This document shows positions 28,409 through 38,176 of a stretch of 64,000 bases of DNA, one piece after another. Origin of the DNA: Anaerohalosphaeraceae bacterium (GTDB taxonomy: Bacteria > Planctomycetota > Phycisphaerae > Sedimentisphaerales > Anaerohalosphaeraceae); the NCBI GenBank assembly GCA_963675525.2, contig CAXXSL010000013.1, positions 224,001 to 288,000 of the forward strand, read 5' to 3'. Within the stretch, counting starts at the first letter, position 1; every line of letters starts with the position of its first letter. The notes beneath the pieces are model-generated. The model did not search any database and was not told the DNA's origin. It was given only the letters and a program-made list of their open reading frames with translations. Both the position numbers and the translations under genes were made by a program.

Positions 28409-30487
28409 CAGCGCAACGCGGAAGAGAGCGCCGGAGGGCTTGGCGTTGATGATCTCCACGAAGCCGTGATGGGCCTCGGCAAACCGTTTGACCAGAGCCA
28501 ATCCTAATCCGGTACCGGTGGTTTGACGGGTGGATTCGTCGCCGCACCGATAGAAAGTATCGAATATCTTTTTTTGCTGGCTGCGAGCAATGCCGGGGCC
28601 GTGGTCCTCGACCTCGATGACGGCGTAGTCTTTCTGTTTTTGGGTGCGGATGACAATGCGTTTGTCCTGTGCGACTTTGGCATACTTGAGGGCATTGTCC
28701 AGCAGGTTAATAACGATTTGCACGACGGCATCGCGGTCAAATGTAAACGGCTCCAGTTCGCTAAACTCCTGGGCCAGTTCAAACCCCGCCTGTTCGGCAT
28801 AGGGACGCATCATCCGGACAACATCGCCGACACATTCATTGACATCGCCGATCGTGAATTCGTAGCGTTTTTTACCACGCTGGATGCGTGAAAAGTCCAA
28901 TACATTTTCGATGAGCCGGCTGAGACGTTCGCTTTCCTGCCGCATCGTAACATAATACTCCTTCCGCTTATCGTCGCTTTTAACCCAGTCATTTTCGAGC
29001 ATTTCGGTGTACATGCGAATACTGGTCAGCGGCGTGCGGAGTTCATGCGAAACGGCTGAGATAAAATCGTCCTTTTTGCGGGACAGCTGCACCTGCTGGT
29101 ACATGTTCCGCCAGAATGTGGCCAGTGCGATAATGACCGCCAGCCAGACGACACCGAGAATAGCAAAAAACCAGTTACGAATCTGGACGACACGCGCCTG
29201 TATCCAGCCGGGCTGCTGTTCGATGAGATTCAGGACGACCTCACCGAAGCCGAAATCCAGTATGGCGGTATAGGCCGCGTCGGGGCGTTCGGCTTTGGAA
29301 ACCTCAAAGCCCATACCCCGGCGGATAAACTGCTGGGCCGATTCGGCAACCTTGCTCAACAATTCCAATTCATCCAGCCGGAAACCCTGCACGAGATGTT
29401 TGTCCTCGATTTGGATGTGCCGCAATAAAAAGACTTGACCGGAAAAAACACTTTCCTTGCCATCGGCCTCCGGCACGGTAATCGGCACGAACGGCTCGAT
29501 GCGAACCTGGACAATATCATTCAATTGCTGCGAGCGATTGTCAGCCCGCTGTTTGGGAGTATCCATATCAAACTGTTTATCCGGTTCTCCGGCAACAGCC
29601 TGCTGTGTCGTTTCTTCATTTTCCTCCTTCGCCATTTGTAATGAACTTGAAGTCTGATACGCCTGGGATTGAACAGAATCCGGATCTTTATCGTTGGCCG
29701 TATTGCTCATGACATTCAATTCGATGTTTTCGCGGCTTTGCCGGATCACCTGTGTCTGCTGGGGCGCCTCTTCGATACTTTTGATCGCATATCGGCTTCT
29801 GCGGGCACTATCAGCGTTGGACTTTGCGGCCACCTTTTTACCGACCACCAGTTGTTCTTTGTCTTTGCTTTCGTCCAATCCCTTTTGAATTTCAGGTTGA
29901 TCCGTGCCGGGCATACCGGATGGCATATCGGAAATCGTGGTTGATACTGAACGTCCACGACGAGAAATCCCTTCAAAGCCTGACTTACCTCCATAGCTAT
30001 ATTCTTCCTTCGGCTCAGACGGTTCGATTCGACGGACTTGCAGACTTTCTCCATTGTCAAGCGACGGCAGAAGATTATCCTTAATGTTATCAAGATAATT
30101 TTTGACCACGCCGGAAGCGTCCTGTCGGGCTGCGGCGTAAGGAGTCGTTATGTCCCCGATGGTATCCAGCTGAAAGTAGCCATAGGCCAGATCATTCGAG
30201 AGCGAATTGCCCAACGGACTTCGTACGAATGCAGCGGCTTGATTGGATGCCTGGGGTACATAATAATATTGGTAATCCGTATAGGGACGGGCCTGTTCGG
30301 TCTGCAAAAAGGCATCGACATTTTTTTTTACGTCGAAACTGATATTTTTAGCAACATCGATAAATTCCTGCTGGCGTTCGGCACGCAAACCCTTTTCATG
30401 CATTTTCAATGATGAAAGTCCCAGAACACTCAGCACGGCCAGTGCAATACCAATGACTGAACAAATTATCCAAAAACGCTTATACAT
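28367..30487 (-). CDS. Membrane sensor histidine kinase
   Basis: Two TM segments; FISAVSHELRTPLTSI (H box), NLLDNALKY, VEDHGPGI, GTGLGLALV. Confidence 0.93.
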   Translation of the reverse strand: MYKRFWIICSVIGIALAVLSVLGLSSLKMHEKGLRAERQQEFIDVAKNISFDVKKNVDAFLQTEQARPYTDYQYYYVPQASNQAAAFVRSPLGNSLSNDLAYGYFQLDTIGDITTPYAAARQDASGVVKNYLDNIKDNLLPSLDNGESLQVRRIEPSEPKEEYSYGGKSGFEGISRRGRSVSTTISDMPSGMPGTDQPEIQKGLDESKDKEQLVVGKKVAAKSNADSARRSRYAIKSIEEAPQQTQVIRQSRENIELNVMSNTANDKDPDSVQSQAYQTSSSLQMAKEENEETTQQAVAGEPDKQFDMDTPKQRADNRSQQLNDIVQVRIEPFVPITVPEADGKESVFSGQVFLLRHIQIEDKHLVQGFRLDELELLSKVAESAQQFIRRGMGFEVSKAERPDAAYTAILDFGFGEVVLNLIEQQPGWIQARVVQIRNWFFAILGVVWLAVIIALATFWRNMYQQVQLSRKKDDFISAVSHELRTPLTSIRMYTEMLENDWVKSDDKRKEYYVTMRQESERLSRLIENVLDFSRIQRGKKRYEFTIGDVNECVGDVVRMMRPYAEQAGFELAQEFSELEPFTFDRDAVVQIVINLLDNALKYAKVAQDKRIVIRTQKQKDYAVIEVEDHGPGIARSQQKKIFDTFYRCGDESTRQTTGTGLGLALVKRFAEAHHGFVEIINAKPSGALFRVALAHRRGKYKQLKLR

Positions 30488-30489
30488 TC

Positions 30490-31194
30490 TTAATTCACCA
30501 TTTTACATTCGTATTTGTAGCCTGCGCCGCGGACGGTTTGGATTAGCTCCTGTTTGGCCCCGGCTTCTTTGAGCAGGTCACGCAAACGGGCAATGTGCAT
30601 ATCGACCGTGCGGGTTTCGATGCCATCCATCGATTCATGCCAGACTTTTTCATACAATTCGTCCCGACTGACAATCCGATTGGGGTTGGCGGCAAAAAGC
30701 TGGAGCATCTCGGTCTGTCGAGGGCTGAGGGGACTTTCTTTACCACCACAAATCAATTTCAGTCCTTCGGCGTCAATCGTAAACGGGCCAAATGCAAAAT
30801 CCTGGCCGACGGAACGCTGGGGGTCCAGCCGCCGCAGGATGGCGCGAATCCGCGCCAATAGTTCTTCCAGCGAAAACGGTTTGGTCACATAATCATCGGC
30901 GCCCATATCCAACCCGGCGATTTTCTCGCTTTCCTGTCCCTTGGCCGTCAGCATAATGACCGGCGTCCGCAGACCCTGCTGCCGCCACTTGCGGCAAAGC
31001 TGTTCCCCGCTGATGTTGGGCAGCATTAAGTCCAACAGGATCAGATCGAAGCGATGCTCCGAAACCGTCCGTTCGGCGTCCAACCCATCCTCAACGACGG
31101 TGACCCTGAACTCGTGGAATTCGAGAAAATCCTTTAATCCTTCCCGTATCTTCGGTTCATCTTCAACCACCAATATGCTTTGTCCTGCTTTCAT
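30490..31194 (-). CDS. OmpR/PhoB-family response regulator
   Basis: ILVVEDE, LLDLMLP, GADDYVTKPF, RTVDMHIARLR, IQTVRGAGY. Confidence 0.95.
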   Translation of the reverse strand: MKAGQSILVVEDEPKIREGLKDFLEFHEFRVTVVEDGLDAERTVSEHRFDLILLDLMLPNISGEQLCRKWRQQGLRTPVIMLTAKGQESEKIAGLDMGADDYVTKPFSLEELLARIRAILRRLDPQRSVGQDFAFGPFTIDAEGLKLICGGKESPLSPRQTEMLQLFAANPNRIVSRDELYEKVWHESMDGIETRTVDMHIARLRDLLKEAGAKQELIQTVRGAGYKYECKMVN

Positions 31195-31227
31195 ACCTTA
31201 TAAATCCTAAAAATATGCATCTTTGCT

Positions 31228-31252
31228 GGATTCCCGCCTGCGCGGGGATGAC
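31228..31252. repeat. REP-like palindrome
   Basis: GGATTCCCGCCTGCGCGGGGATGAC; a degenerate relative lies near 45423. Confidence 0.65.
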
Positions 31253-31300
31253 AAATTAATGCTCACCTATACATTATAGGCTAAATCCGGCTATTGCAAC

Positions 31301-31378
31301 TGTAACTTTTTTGTAAAACTAACCGGGTGCGATTTTACAGACCTTTTACACCTCTTTGAGCCCTTTCTGCCGTATACT
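31301..31378. promoter_or_regulatory. Putative OmpR-type boxes and -10 element in the divergent promoter
   Basis: TTTTACA at 31333 and 31344 (11-bp period); inverted pair at 31301 and 31312; TATACT at 31373-31378. Confidence 0.6.
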
Positions 31379-31419
31379 TTAAGTGTAAACGAAAATGCTA
31401 TTTTGCAAAGGAGATCCCA

Positions 31420-33168
31420 ATGAAAACGCTCAAAAATACTGCTGTTCTTTTACTTCTATCAGCCGCTTTTTTGGTTTTTCTCGCCAAGCCCCTGCTGGCT
31501 GAAACCGGCGAAAATGCCGTCTATTCCAAACTGCCCGTCAAAGAAGTTACGATTTTCAAAGATGGACACGCTTATGTGCTGCACGAGGGACTGGCAGACA
31601 CCAATAAAAACGGTGACGTTGTATTAGACTTTCTGCCCAATCCCGTTCTCGGGACTTTCTGGGCCTATTCAGCCGAAGCCGAAAACAAACTTGCATGCGT
31701 GATTGCCTCCCGTGAGAACATCGAACAAACCGAAATGGATTTTGAACTGCTGCTTAGAAAAAACCTGAACAAGACGATTGAAATTAGAGAAAAAAATAAA
31801 GACCAATCATATCAGGGCACTTTGATTAAGGTTTTGAGCGAATATCCCGTGCAGTGGCATCCCGAAAGCGGCCGAAAAGGAATTCTCGATAAAACACGTG
31901 TTTCCCAAAAAATACTGATCCAATCAGAACAGGAAACACGGGCGATTGACCTGGACCGAATCGAGACAATCTCTTTTCTCGCAGATATGGAAACGATTTC
32001 CGAACAAACGCAAACCAAAGACCTTATGACCCTGAGACTTGACTGGGGGAAAAATAACATCCGGAAAAAAACGGCCATGGGCATGGCTTATGTCCAGAAA
32101 GGTATTCGATGGATTCCCAATTATTGTGTCGAGATCGACGGCAAAGGAAATGCACATATCAAACTGCAGGCAACGATCATTAACGAATTGGCTGACCTTG
32201 ACGATGTTAAAGCACATCTGGTAATTGGCGTACCCCGGTTTGCCTTTGCACACACAGCCGATCCTATTTCGCTGCAGGATACACTCGCACAGCTCTCCGG
32301 CTATTTCAATGCCGATTCAAGTATGGGGTCTTCGCTCTCAAACGCTATTTGCACACAGGCTCGCTTTACGGAAATGCCCGCCGTTCAAAGAGGAAACGAT
32401 GTCTCACTTCCTGAACTTGACCAGACACAGGGCCGTGAAGATCTATTTGTGTTTTCTCTGGACCATATCAATTTAAAAAAAGGTCAGCGCATGGTGCTGC
32501 CCATTGCCGAATATACGCTACCCTATGAAGACCTCTATGTTGTCGACCTTCCTTTCTCGCCTCCCATGGAGCTTCGGCGCAATTTTAACACTCAGCAACA
32601 CCTCCAACTGGCTAAACTATTCCATGCTCCCAAAGCCATGCATACAATCCGACTGGAGAATACATCACGCTATCCTTTGACAACGGCTCCTGCAACCATT
32701 TTCAAGGGACAGACGATACTGGCACAGGGAATGATGCAGTACACCGCGATCGGCGCTAAAGGAAATCTTGAAATCACAAACGCCGTCAATATTGATGTCA
32801 AAAAGACGGATACACAAGTCAATCAAATTCCCAATGCACAAAACTGGAACGGCAATTCCTATTCAAAAGTCGAAATGCTGGGCACAATTGAACTTACAAA
32901 TTACTCGGACAAAGCCGTACAAATTCAGGTAAACCGTTCTGTCCTCGGCAATCTTGACCAGGCCTCCGACAACGGAGATATCCGGCAACTGGGGCACGGC
33001 TATGACGGACTTGTCTTCGATGACGGTCTGCCCTTCTGGTGGAACTGGTGCAGCTGGCCCTGGTGGTGGTATCACTTCAATAGCATCGGGCAGGCGAACT
33101 GGACAGTCCGTCTTGAACCCGCTGAAACAATCAAATTGAATTACAACTGGCACTATTACTGGCAATAG
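31420..33168 (+). CDS. Secreted DUF4139-like protein
   Basis: Signal peptide; KEVTIFKDGHAYV, AYVQKGIRWIPNY, TIRLENTSRYPLTTAPA; Trp-rich C-terminus. Confidence 0.7.
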   Translation: MKTLKNTAVLLLLSAAFLVFLAKPLLAETGENAVYSKLPVKEVTIFKDGHAYVLHEGLADTNKNGDVVLDFLPNPVLGTFWAYSAEAENKLACVIASRENIEQTEMDFELLLRKNLNKTIEIREKNKDQSYQGTLIKVLSEYPVQWHPESGRKGILDKTRVSQKILIQSEQETRAIDLDRIETISFLADMETISEQTQTKDLMTLRLDWGKNNIRKKTAMGMAYVQKGIRWIPNYCVEIDGKGNAHIKLQATIINELADLDDVKAHLVIGVPRFAFAHTADPISLQDTLAQLSGYFNADSSMGSSLSNAICTQARFTEMPAVQRGNDVSLPELDQTQGREDLFVFSLDHINLKKGQRMVLPIAEYTLPYEDLYVVDLPFSPPMELRRNFNTQQHLQLAKLFHAPKAMHTIRLENTSRYPLTTAPATIFKGQTILAQGMMQYTAIGAKGNLEITNAVNIDVKKTDTQVNQIPNAQNWNGNSYSKVEMLGTIELTNYSDKAVQIQVNRSVLGNLDQASDNGDIRQLGHGYDGLVFDDGLPFWWNWCSWPWWWYHFNSIGQANWTVRLEPAETIKLNYNWHYYWQ

Positions 33169-33194
33169 AGTTCAAATAAGAAAGGAAACAAATC

Positions 33195-34511
33195 ATGAAA
33201 ACGCTCAATTCAACAATTCGATTTATCTGTCTGACGCTGGTATTGGCAAGTGCGGTCAGTTTTGCCGCTACTGTCACGGTCACCACTGAGACAGACCGGC
33301 CCGTTGCTTTGGCGGGCCAGACACAGACGGTTTATCTTCGCATCGGCCTGACCGGCTGCGGCGCAGAGGTCTTCAAAGAGCGGGCTCCTGTCAATGTGGC
33401 CATCGTCATTGACAAGTCCGGTTCGATGTCGGGTGAAAAAATGGAAAAAGCCAAAGAAGCCGCCATCCTCGCACTGTATCGGCTCAAATCCAGCGACATC
33501 GTGTCGGTCGTGCTGTATGACAGCGATGTGGAGGTATTGGTTCCCGCAACCAAGATGACAAAACGAAACGACATCATCCGTAAAATCCGTCAGGTTCGGG
33601 CAGGCGGCTCGACCGCATTGTACGCAGGCGTGCAAAACGGAGCCGATGAACTTCGCAAGTTTTTGTCGAAAAATCGTGTCAATCGCATCGTACTGCTCAG
33701 CGACGGGCTGGCCAATGTCGGGCCTGAAAGCCCCTCGGCACTGGGGCAGCTCGGCGCCAATTTAGCCGATGAAGGCATCTCTGTAACCACCATCGGGCTG
33801 GGGCTGGGGTACAATGAAGACCTGATGAGCCAGTTAGCCTACCGCAGCGACGGTGGACATTACTTTGCCGAGGATGCCGATGAGCTGGCGGGCGTATTCG
33901 ATCAGGAATTCGGGCGAGCGCTGTCCGTTGTTGCACAACAGGTCCGCATCGAGGTCATTTGCGGCGAAGACATGCGTCCCGTACGTATTCTCGGCCGTGA
34001 AGGGACGATCAAAGACCGCTCGGTTTATCTGGACATTCAAAACATCTACAGCGAACACGAAAAATACGCCATCCTTGAAGTGGAAATTCCCGCTCAGGCC
34101 AATGATAAAAGCCGTGAACTGGCCTGTGTCCGCGTGAAGTATCAGGACATGAAAACAAGTACAGCTCAACAATCCAGCCATGCCTGCGAGATCCGTTTCA
34201 GCGATTCAAAAAAAGAGGTTGAAAAAAATATGAACAAACGTGTATTAGCTGATGCGGTCGAACAAATTGCCATTGAAAATAACCAGCGGGCACTGTCGCT
34301 GCGGGACAAAGGACAAACCGAAGAAGCTAAACAGGTGCTTTACGAAAACGCACATTACCTCCGCTCCAACGCCGGATCCCTCAATAGTAAAAAACTCGGC
34401 AAGTATGCCGACGAAAATGAGACCGATGCGGATAATCTTGATGAGGAAAACTGGACTCGACAGCGGAAAGTAATGCGCGAAAGTCAAGGCTCCCGTCAAA
34501 CACAGCGATAA
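33195..34511 (+). CDS. Secreted VWA-domain protein (YfbK-like)
   Basis: PVNVAIVIDKSGSM (MIDAS), GGSTAL, LLSDGLANVG, TIGLGLGYNEDLM. Confidence 0.9.
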   Translation: MKTLNSTIRFICLTLVLASAVSFAATVTVTTETDRPVALAGQTQTVYLRIGLTGCGAEVFKERAPVNVAIVIDKSGSMSGEKMEKAKEAAILALYRLKSSDIVSVVLYDSDVEVLVPATKMTKRNDIIRKIRQVRAGGSTALYAGVQNGADELRKFLSKNRVNRIVLLSDGLANVGPESPSALGQLGANLADEGISVTTIGLGLGYNEDLMSQLAYRSDGGHYFAEDADELAGVFDQEFGRALSVVAQQVRIEVICGEDMRPVRILGREGTIKDRSVYLDIQNIYSEHEKYAILEVEIPAQANDKSRELACVRVKYQDMKTSTAQQSSHACEIRFSDSKKEVEKNMNKRVLADAVEQIAIENNQRALSLRDKGQTEEAKQVLYENAHYLRSNAGSLNSKKLGKYADENETDADNLDEENWTRQRKVMRESQGSRQTQR

Positions 34512-34541
34512 CAACATAACCTTTATTCAAAGGAGAGAAAA

Positions 34542-36356
34542 ATGAAAACAGTATTAATCTTCATTCTATTGGGCCTGATAAGTCTTCCGGCCATTGCTGA
34601 ACCGCAAGTCAATGACGGAACGATTGCGGATGTGATTGTCTATCACGGACAGGCACTGGTCACCCGCACCATTGAATTAGATAAAACCACCGGTGACATC
34701 GAACTGCTGGTGGAAAATCTGCCCGAACAAATCTTGCCGGAAAGCCTGTATGCCCAGTCCAATAATGGTACACAGGTGCTTTCGGTGCGTTACCGTGTTA
34801 AAGAAATCAAAAAAGATACACGGGCGGAAGTCAAAGCCATTGATGAAAAAATCGAACAGCTTCAAATAGATATTTATCAAGCCAAACGTGACCATGACTT
34901 CATGGAATCAATGTGGAACAAGTTTTCCAAAATGTGGGAGTTAAGTTTTGAAGGTGCCAATATTTCACTCGACCGCGCAGCCTTCTCATCAGAAAGCATG
35001 AAAGATTTTACCGGTTACCTTGATGAGAAAAACACCCATTACTACAATGAATCCGTTCGTTTGGAACAGCTTAAAAAACAACTCGAAAAACAGCTTGCCA
35101 AACTAAACCGAAAAAAGAAAGAATTGGATCGTCAGCATAAACGCATGATTCGCCAGGCACTGATATATCTTCACATTCCCGAAACCGCCGCGTCAAACGT
35201 TGTGCAGTTTAGCTACCTGGTTAATGATGCCGACTGGTCTCCGCAGTACAATCTGAAAGCCGAGCCGGACAAAAGCCAGGTCCGCACGGAATATAACGCC
35301 ATTGTGCATCAATCCTCCGGTGAGGATTGGAACAATGCCGTTTTGGCATTGAGTACCGCGGTACCCGCTTTGGTCGCCAGTCCAGCGGAATTGGAACCGA
35401 TGAAAATCGGGCTTGCTTCCGCCGGGTCCGGATATCGCGGCAGAAGGGTTTTTGTCGGCAAAGGATTGATGGATTCACCTCAAGAAGGTATCGCAGGGGC
35501 ACCACAAAATGGGGAAGTCATTTATTCCTATGGCAGTCAGACCGAAGAATACGGAGCGTTAGTTCAATCGCGTCGAGACAATATCTCCCTCGGCATCAAG
35601 GCACAGCAGGAATTGAACACCATTGCCATCAATAACCAGATGATTGAATTTGAAGCTGATAAACGTATGGTCAAGCAATTGAACGAAAAGGCTGTTGCCA
35701 TCCGCCGGACCGAAGGGGTTAGCGTGATGTACAGATTGCCCGGTAAGTTGACTTTGCCCAGCAAATCCGATCAGCAGTTAGTAACAATTGCCTCGCTCAA
35801 GACTCCGGCCCAATTCGTCTTTGTCGCCGCCCCGCTGCTGACTGACTATGTCTATCTGCAAGCCGATATCACCAATGACAGTGATACGATTCTGCTGCCC
35901 GGCCCGGCCGATATGTTCCGTAACGGCCAATTCGTCGGCAAAGGCGACATGACACTGGCGACCATCGGGCAAAGCTTTACAATTGGTTTCGGTGTGGATT
36001 CGCAGATTCAGGTCACACGCGAGTTCAAGGACAAAAAGACGAACACCTTCCTCGGTAATCGCATCGATGAAAATTACTACCGCCTGGCAATCAATAATTA
36101 CTACGACAAAGCGGTCGCCCTGAGACTGTTCGAACGTCTGCCATGGACCGAAAACAAAGAGTTGGCGATTGAACTGACCAACAACTCACATCCGTTAAGC
36201 ACCGATGCTGAATACTTGCGCACCGAAAAAGACGAGGGTATCCTGCGATGGGACCTGGACCTAAAACCCAATACCACCGGGCAAAATGCAACAATTGTCA
36301 ATTACGCCTTCACGCTGAAATATGACAATGATATGACCATTCGTACGGTACAGTAA
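34542..36356 (+). CDS. DUF4140/DUF4139 (MuiA-like) secreted protein
   Basis: IADVIVYHGQALVTR, coiled coil, YLVNDADWSPQY, QSSGEDW, LLPGPA, GILRWDLDL. Confidence 0.85.
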   Translation: MKTVLIFILLGLISLPAIAEPQVNDGTIADVIVYHGQALVTRTIELDKTTGDIELLVENLPEQILPESLYAQSNNGTQVLSVRYRVKEIKKDTRAEVKAIDEKIEQLQIDIYQAKRDHDFMESMWNKFSKMWELSFEGANISLDRAAFSSESMKDFTGYLDEKNTHYYNESVRLEQLKKQLEKQLAKLNRKKKELDRQHKRMIRQALIYLHIPETAASNVVQFSYLVNDADWSPQYNLKAEPDKSQVRTEYNAIVHQSSGEDWNNAVLALSTAVPALVASPAELEPMKIGLASAGSGYRGRRVFVGKGLMDSPQEGIAGAPQNGEVIYSYGSQTEEYGALVQSRRDNISLGIKAQQELNTIAINNQMIEFEADKRMVKQLNEKAVAIRRTEGVSVMYRLPGKLTLPSKSDQQLVTIASLKTPAQFVFVAAPLLTDYVYLQADITNDSDTILLPGPADMFRNGQFVGKGDMTLATIGQSFTIGFGVDSQIQVTREFKDKKTNTFLGNRIDENYYRLAINNYYDKAVALRLFERLPWTENKELAIELTNNSHPLSTDAEYLRTEKDEGILRWDLDLKPNTTGQNATIVNYAFTLKYDNDMTIRTVQ

Positions 36357-36546
36357 GATTACCTTCGATATTGAACTACCGCGGTTGATCTGCCGCCGCG
36401 GCAGTTTTTATTTATAGACTGCCACACTATCACGATATGCGGTTCGTTTACCCCATTAAATAGTCTTGCTTTTTTTATGCCGCTGATTATACTTTTGGAC
36501 ATGTATTCTATTCGCAATGCATGTACGACTATTTATTGGGGATTAT

Positions 36547-38091
36547 ATGTACACAACACTGATGAATAAAGCCAGGCTTAATCTCATCGTATCCGTATGT
36601 ATTTGTATCTTTCCAACCGCTTTATCGGCCAGTGACAAGAAACCCGACAATCGTTATTTTACCACAGCCCAAACCTGTATGGACACCTTGATTAAACACG
36701 GCACAGATACCTGTGGTTCATTGAAAACGCCCTTATTCGCCAGTATTCTTGATGTAAATTCACTCAATTGCCCGGAGCATCCGCTGGAGTTAGATGAATC
36801 ATGGCGTGTCATTCGACGCGAACGTCGTAATCCGGCAGGCGCCAATCTGCTTGTCGACCAGCCGCTGATTAAATCACTGGATGTAATGTCGCAACTGTCT
36901 GGTAAGCCGGTTTATTGCCAAGCGGCCCAGCGCTATGTCGATTATTATCTTAAAAATCTCGTCGACCCTAAGGGGCTTATCTGGTGGGGATGGCACAGGC
37001 ATTATGATATTTACAAAGATATCATGACCGGCCATGAGGCAAATTGGCATGAGATCCATGCCAATGTCAGTATTCAATGGGACATCCTCTGGCAAATAAA
37101 TCCGACGGTCGTAAAAAAAGAAATTGAGGCTGTTTGGGAATGGCATGTGATCGATAAAAATATCGGCGAGATAAACCGGCACGATGATAAACAGCACGGT
37201 TGTGATTTTACGCTGTCGGCCGGAAGTATCATCGAAGCATTTGCCTTTCTCTATACCAAAACCAACGATGCTGTCTGGCTTAACCGAGCCCGGCTCATTG
37301 CCGATTATTACTGGAATTTCCGTAATCCGAAAACCAATCTTATTCCCGAACGACCCAATGCGGGACATGATCGTTTTGACGGCAGTGCATTTGTCACCAA
37401 TACTACAGGGCCCTACTGTCACAGTCTTTTGCGAACTTACCTCATGACACAGGACAGCGTCTTCAAAGACCAGACGCTTGCTTATTTAAAGGCTTACGCA
37501 CAATACGGCTATGATGAGACTGGTGGCAAATTTTGGGGAGCTCTGCACCTCGACGGCTCACCGATTCACGGCCCGCGCATCGACAGTGGTTACGGGGAAT
37601 ATGAACCCAGGGGGTACATGGATTTATGGGAACCCTATGTCCTTGGATACCAGTATCCGCTCGAAACCGCGCAGTGTTATGCCATGGCATACCGGATTAC
37701 ACAGGATCCGGCAATGTTTTTAACGGCAAAACGTTTTGCGGACTGGATCGAAAAAACACCCATTTCCGCGATTGAGACTCCTCGAACTTGGTATACGGAT
37801 TATACCCTGCAGTACGGGACTCAGGGAACGTATGCTGACAAGTACGGCCGCGCGATTTCATTCTTTATCAGCATGCATGCATCAACCGGAGAGCAGAAAT
37901 ACCAACAGCTTGCTCGGCATTTCGCAGATGAGGCGATTGACAATCTGTATGTCAACGGCCTGTTTAAGGGGCATCCGGCCAAGCCGTATTATGAATCCGT
38001 CGATGGTGTCGGGCTTCTTTTATATGCGTTAATTCAATTGGATCAGACTTTAAAAGGTAATCCGCAGGCCATTGATCTTGACAACTGGTAA
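36547..38091 (+). CDS. Secreted (alpha/alpha)-barrel protein, weakly pectate lyase family 2-like
   Basis: Signal peptide; DTLIKHGTDTCG...TPLFASILD, GLIWWGWH; the family call is from recalled resemblance only. Confidence 0.5.
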   Translation: MYTTLMNKARLNLIVSVCICIFPTALSASDKKPDNRYFTTAQTCMDTLIKHGTDTCGSLKTPLFASILDVNSLNCPEHPLELDESWRVIRRERRNPAGANLLVDQPLIKSLDVMSQLSGKPVYCQAAQRYVDYYLKNLVDPKGLIWWGWHRHYDIYKDIMTGHEANWHEIHANVSIQWDILWQINPTVVKKEIEAVWEWHVIDKNIGEINRHDDKQHGCDFTLSAGSIIEAFAFLYTKTNDAVWLNRARLIADYYWNFRNPKTNLIPERPNAGHDRFDGSAFVTNTTGPYCHSLLRTYLMTQDSVFKDQTLAYLKAYAQYGYDETGGKFWGALHLDGSPIHGPRIDSGYGEYEPRGYMDLWEPYVLGYQYPLETAQCYAMAYRITQDPAMFLTAKRFADWIEKTPISAIETPRTWYTDYTLQYGTQGTYADKYGRAISFFISMHASTGEQKYQQLARHFADEAIDNLYVNGLFKGHPAKPYYESVDGVGLLLYALIQLDQTLKGNPQAIDLDNW

Positions 38092-38176
38092 ACATTTCCA
38101 TTAAAACGGCATCACGATCATATCGTTAGCACTGCCGGAGGGAATTCGGCCGCAACAACTTCTTCGAAGAGCTTGT

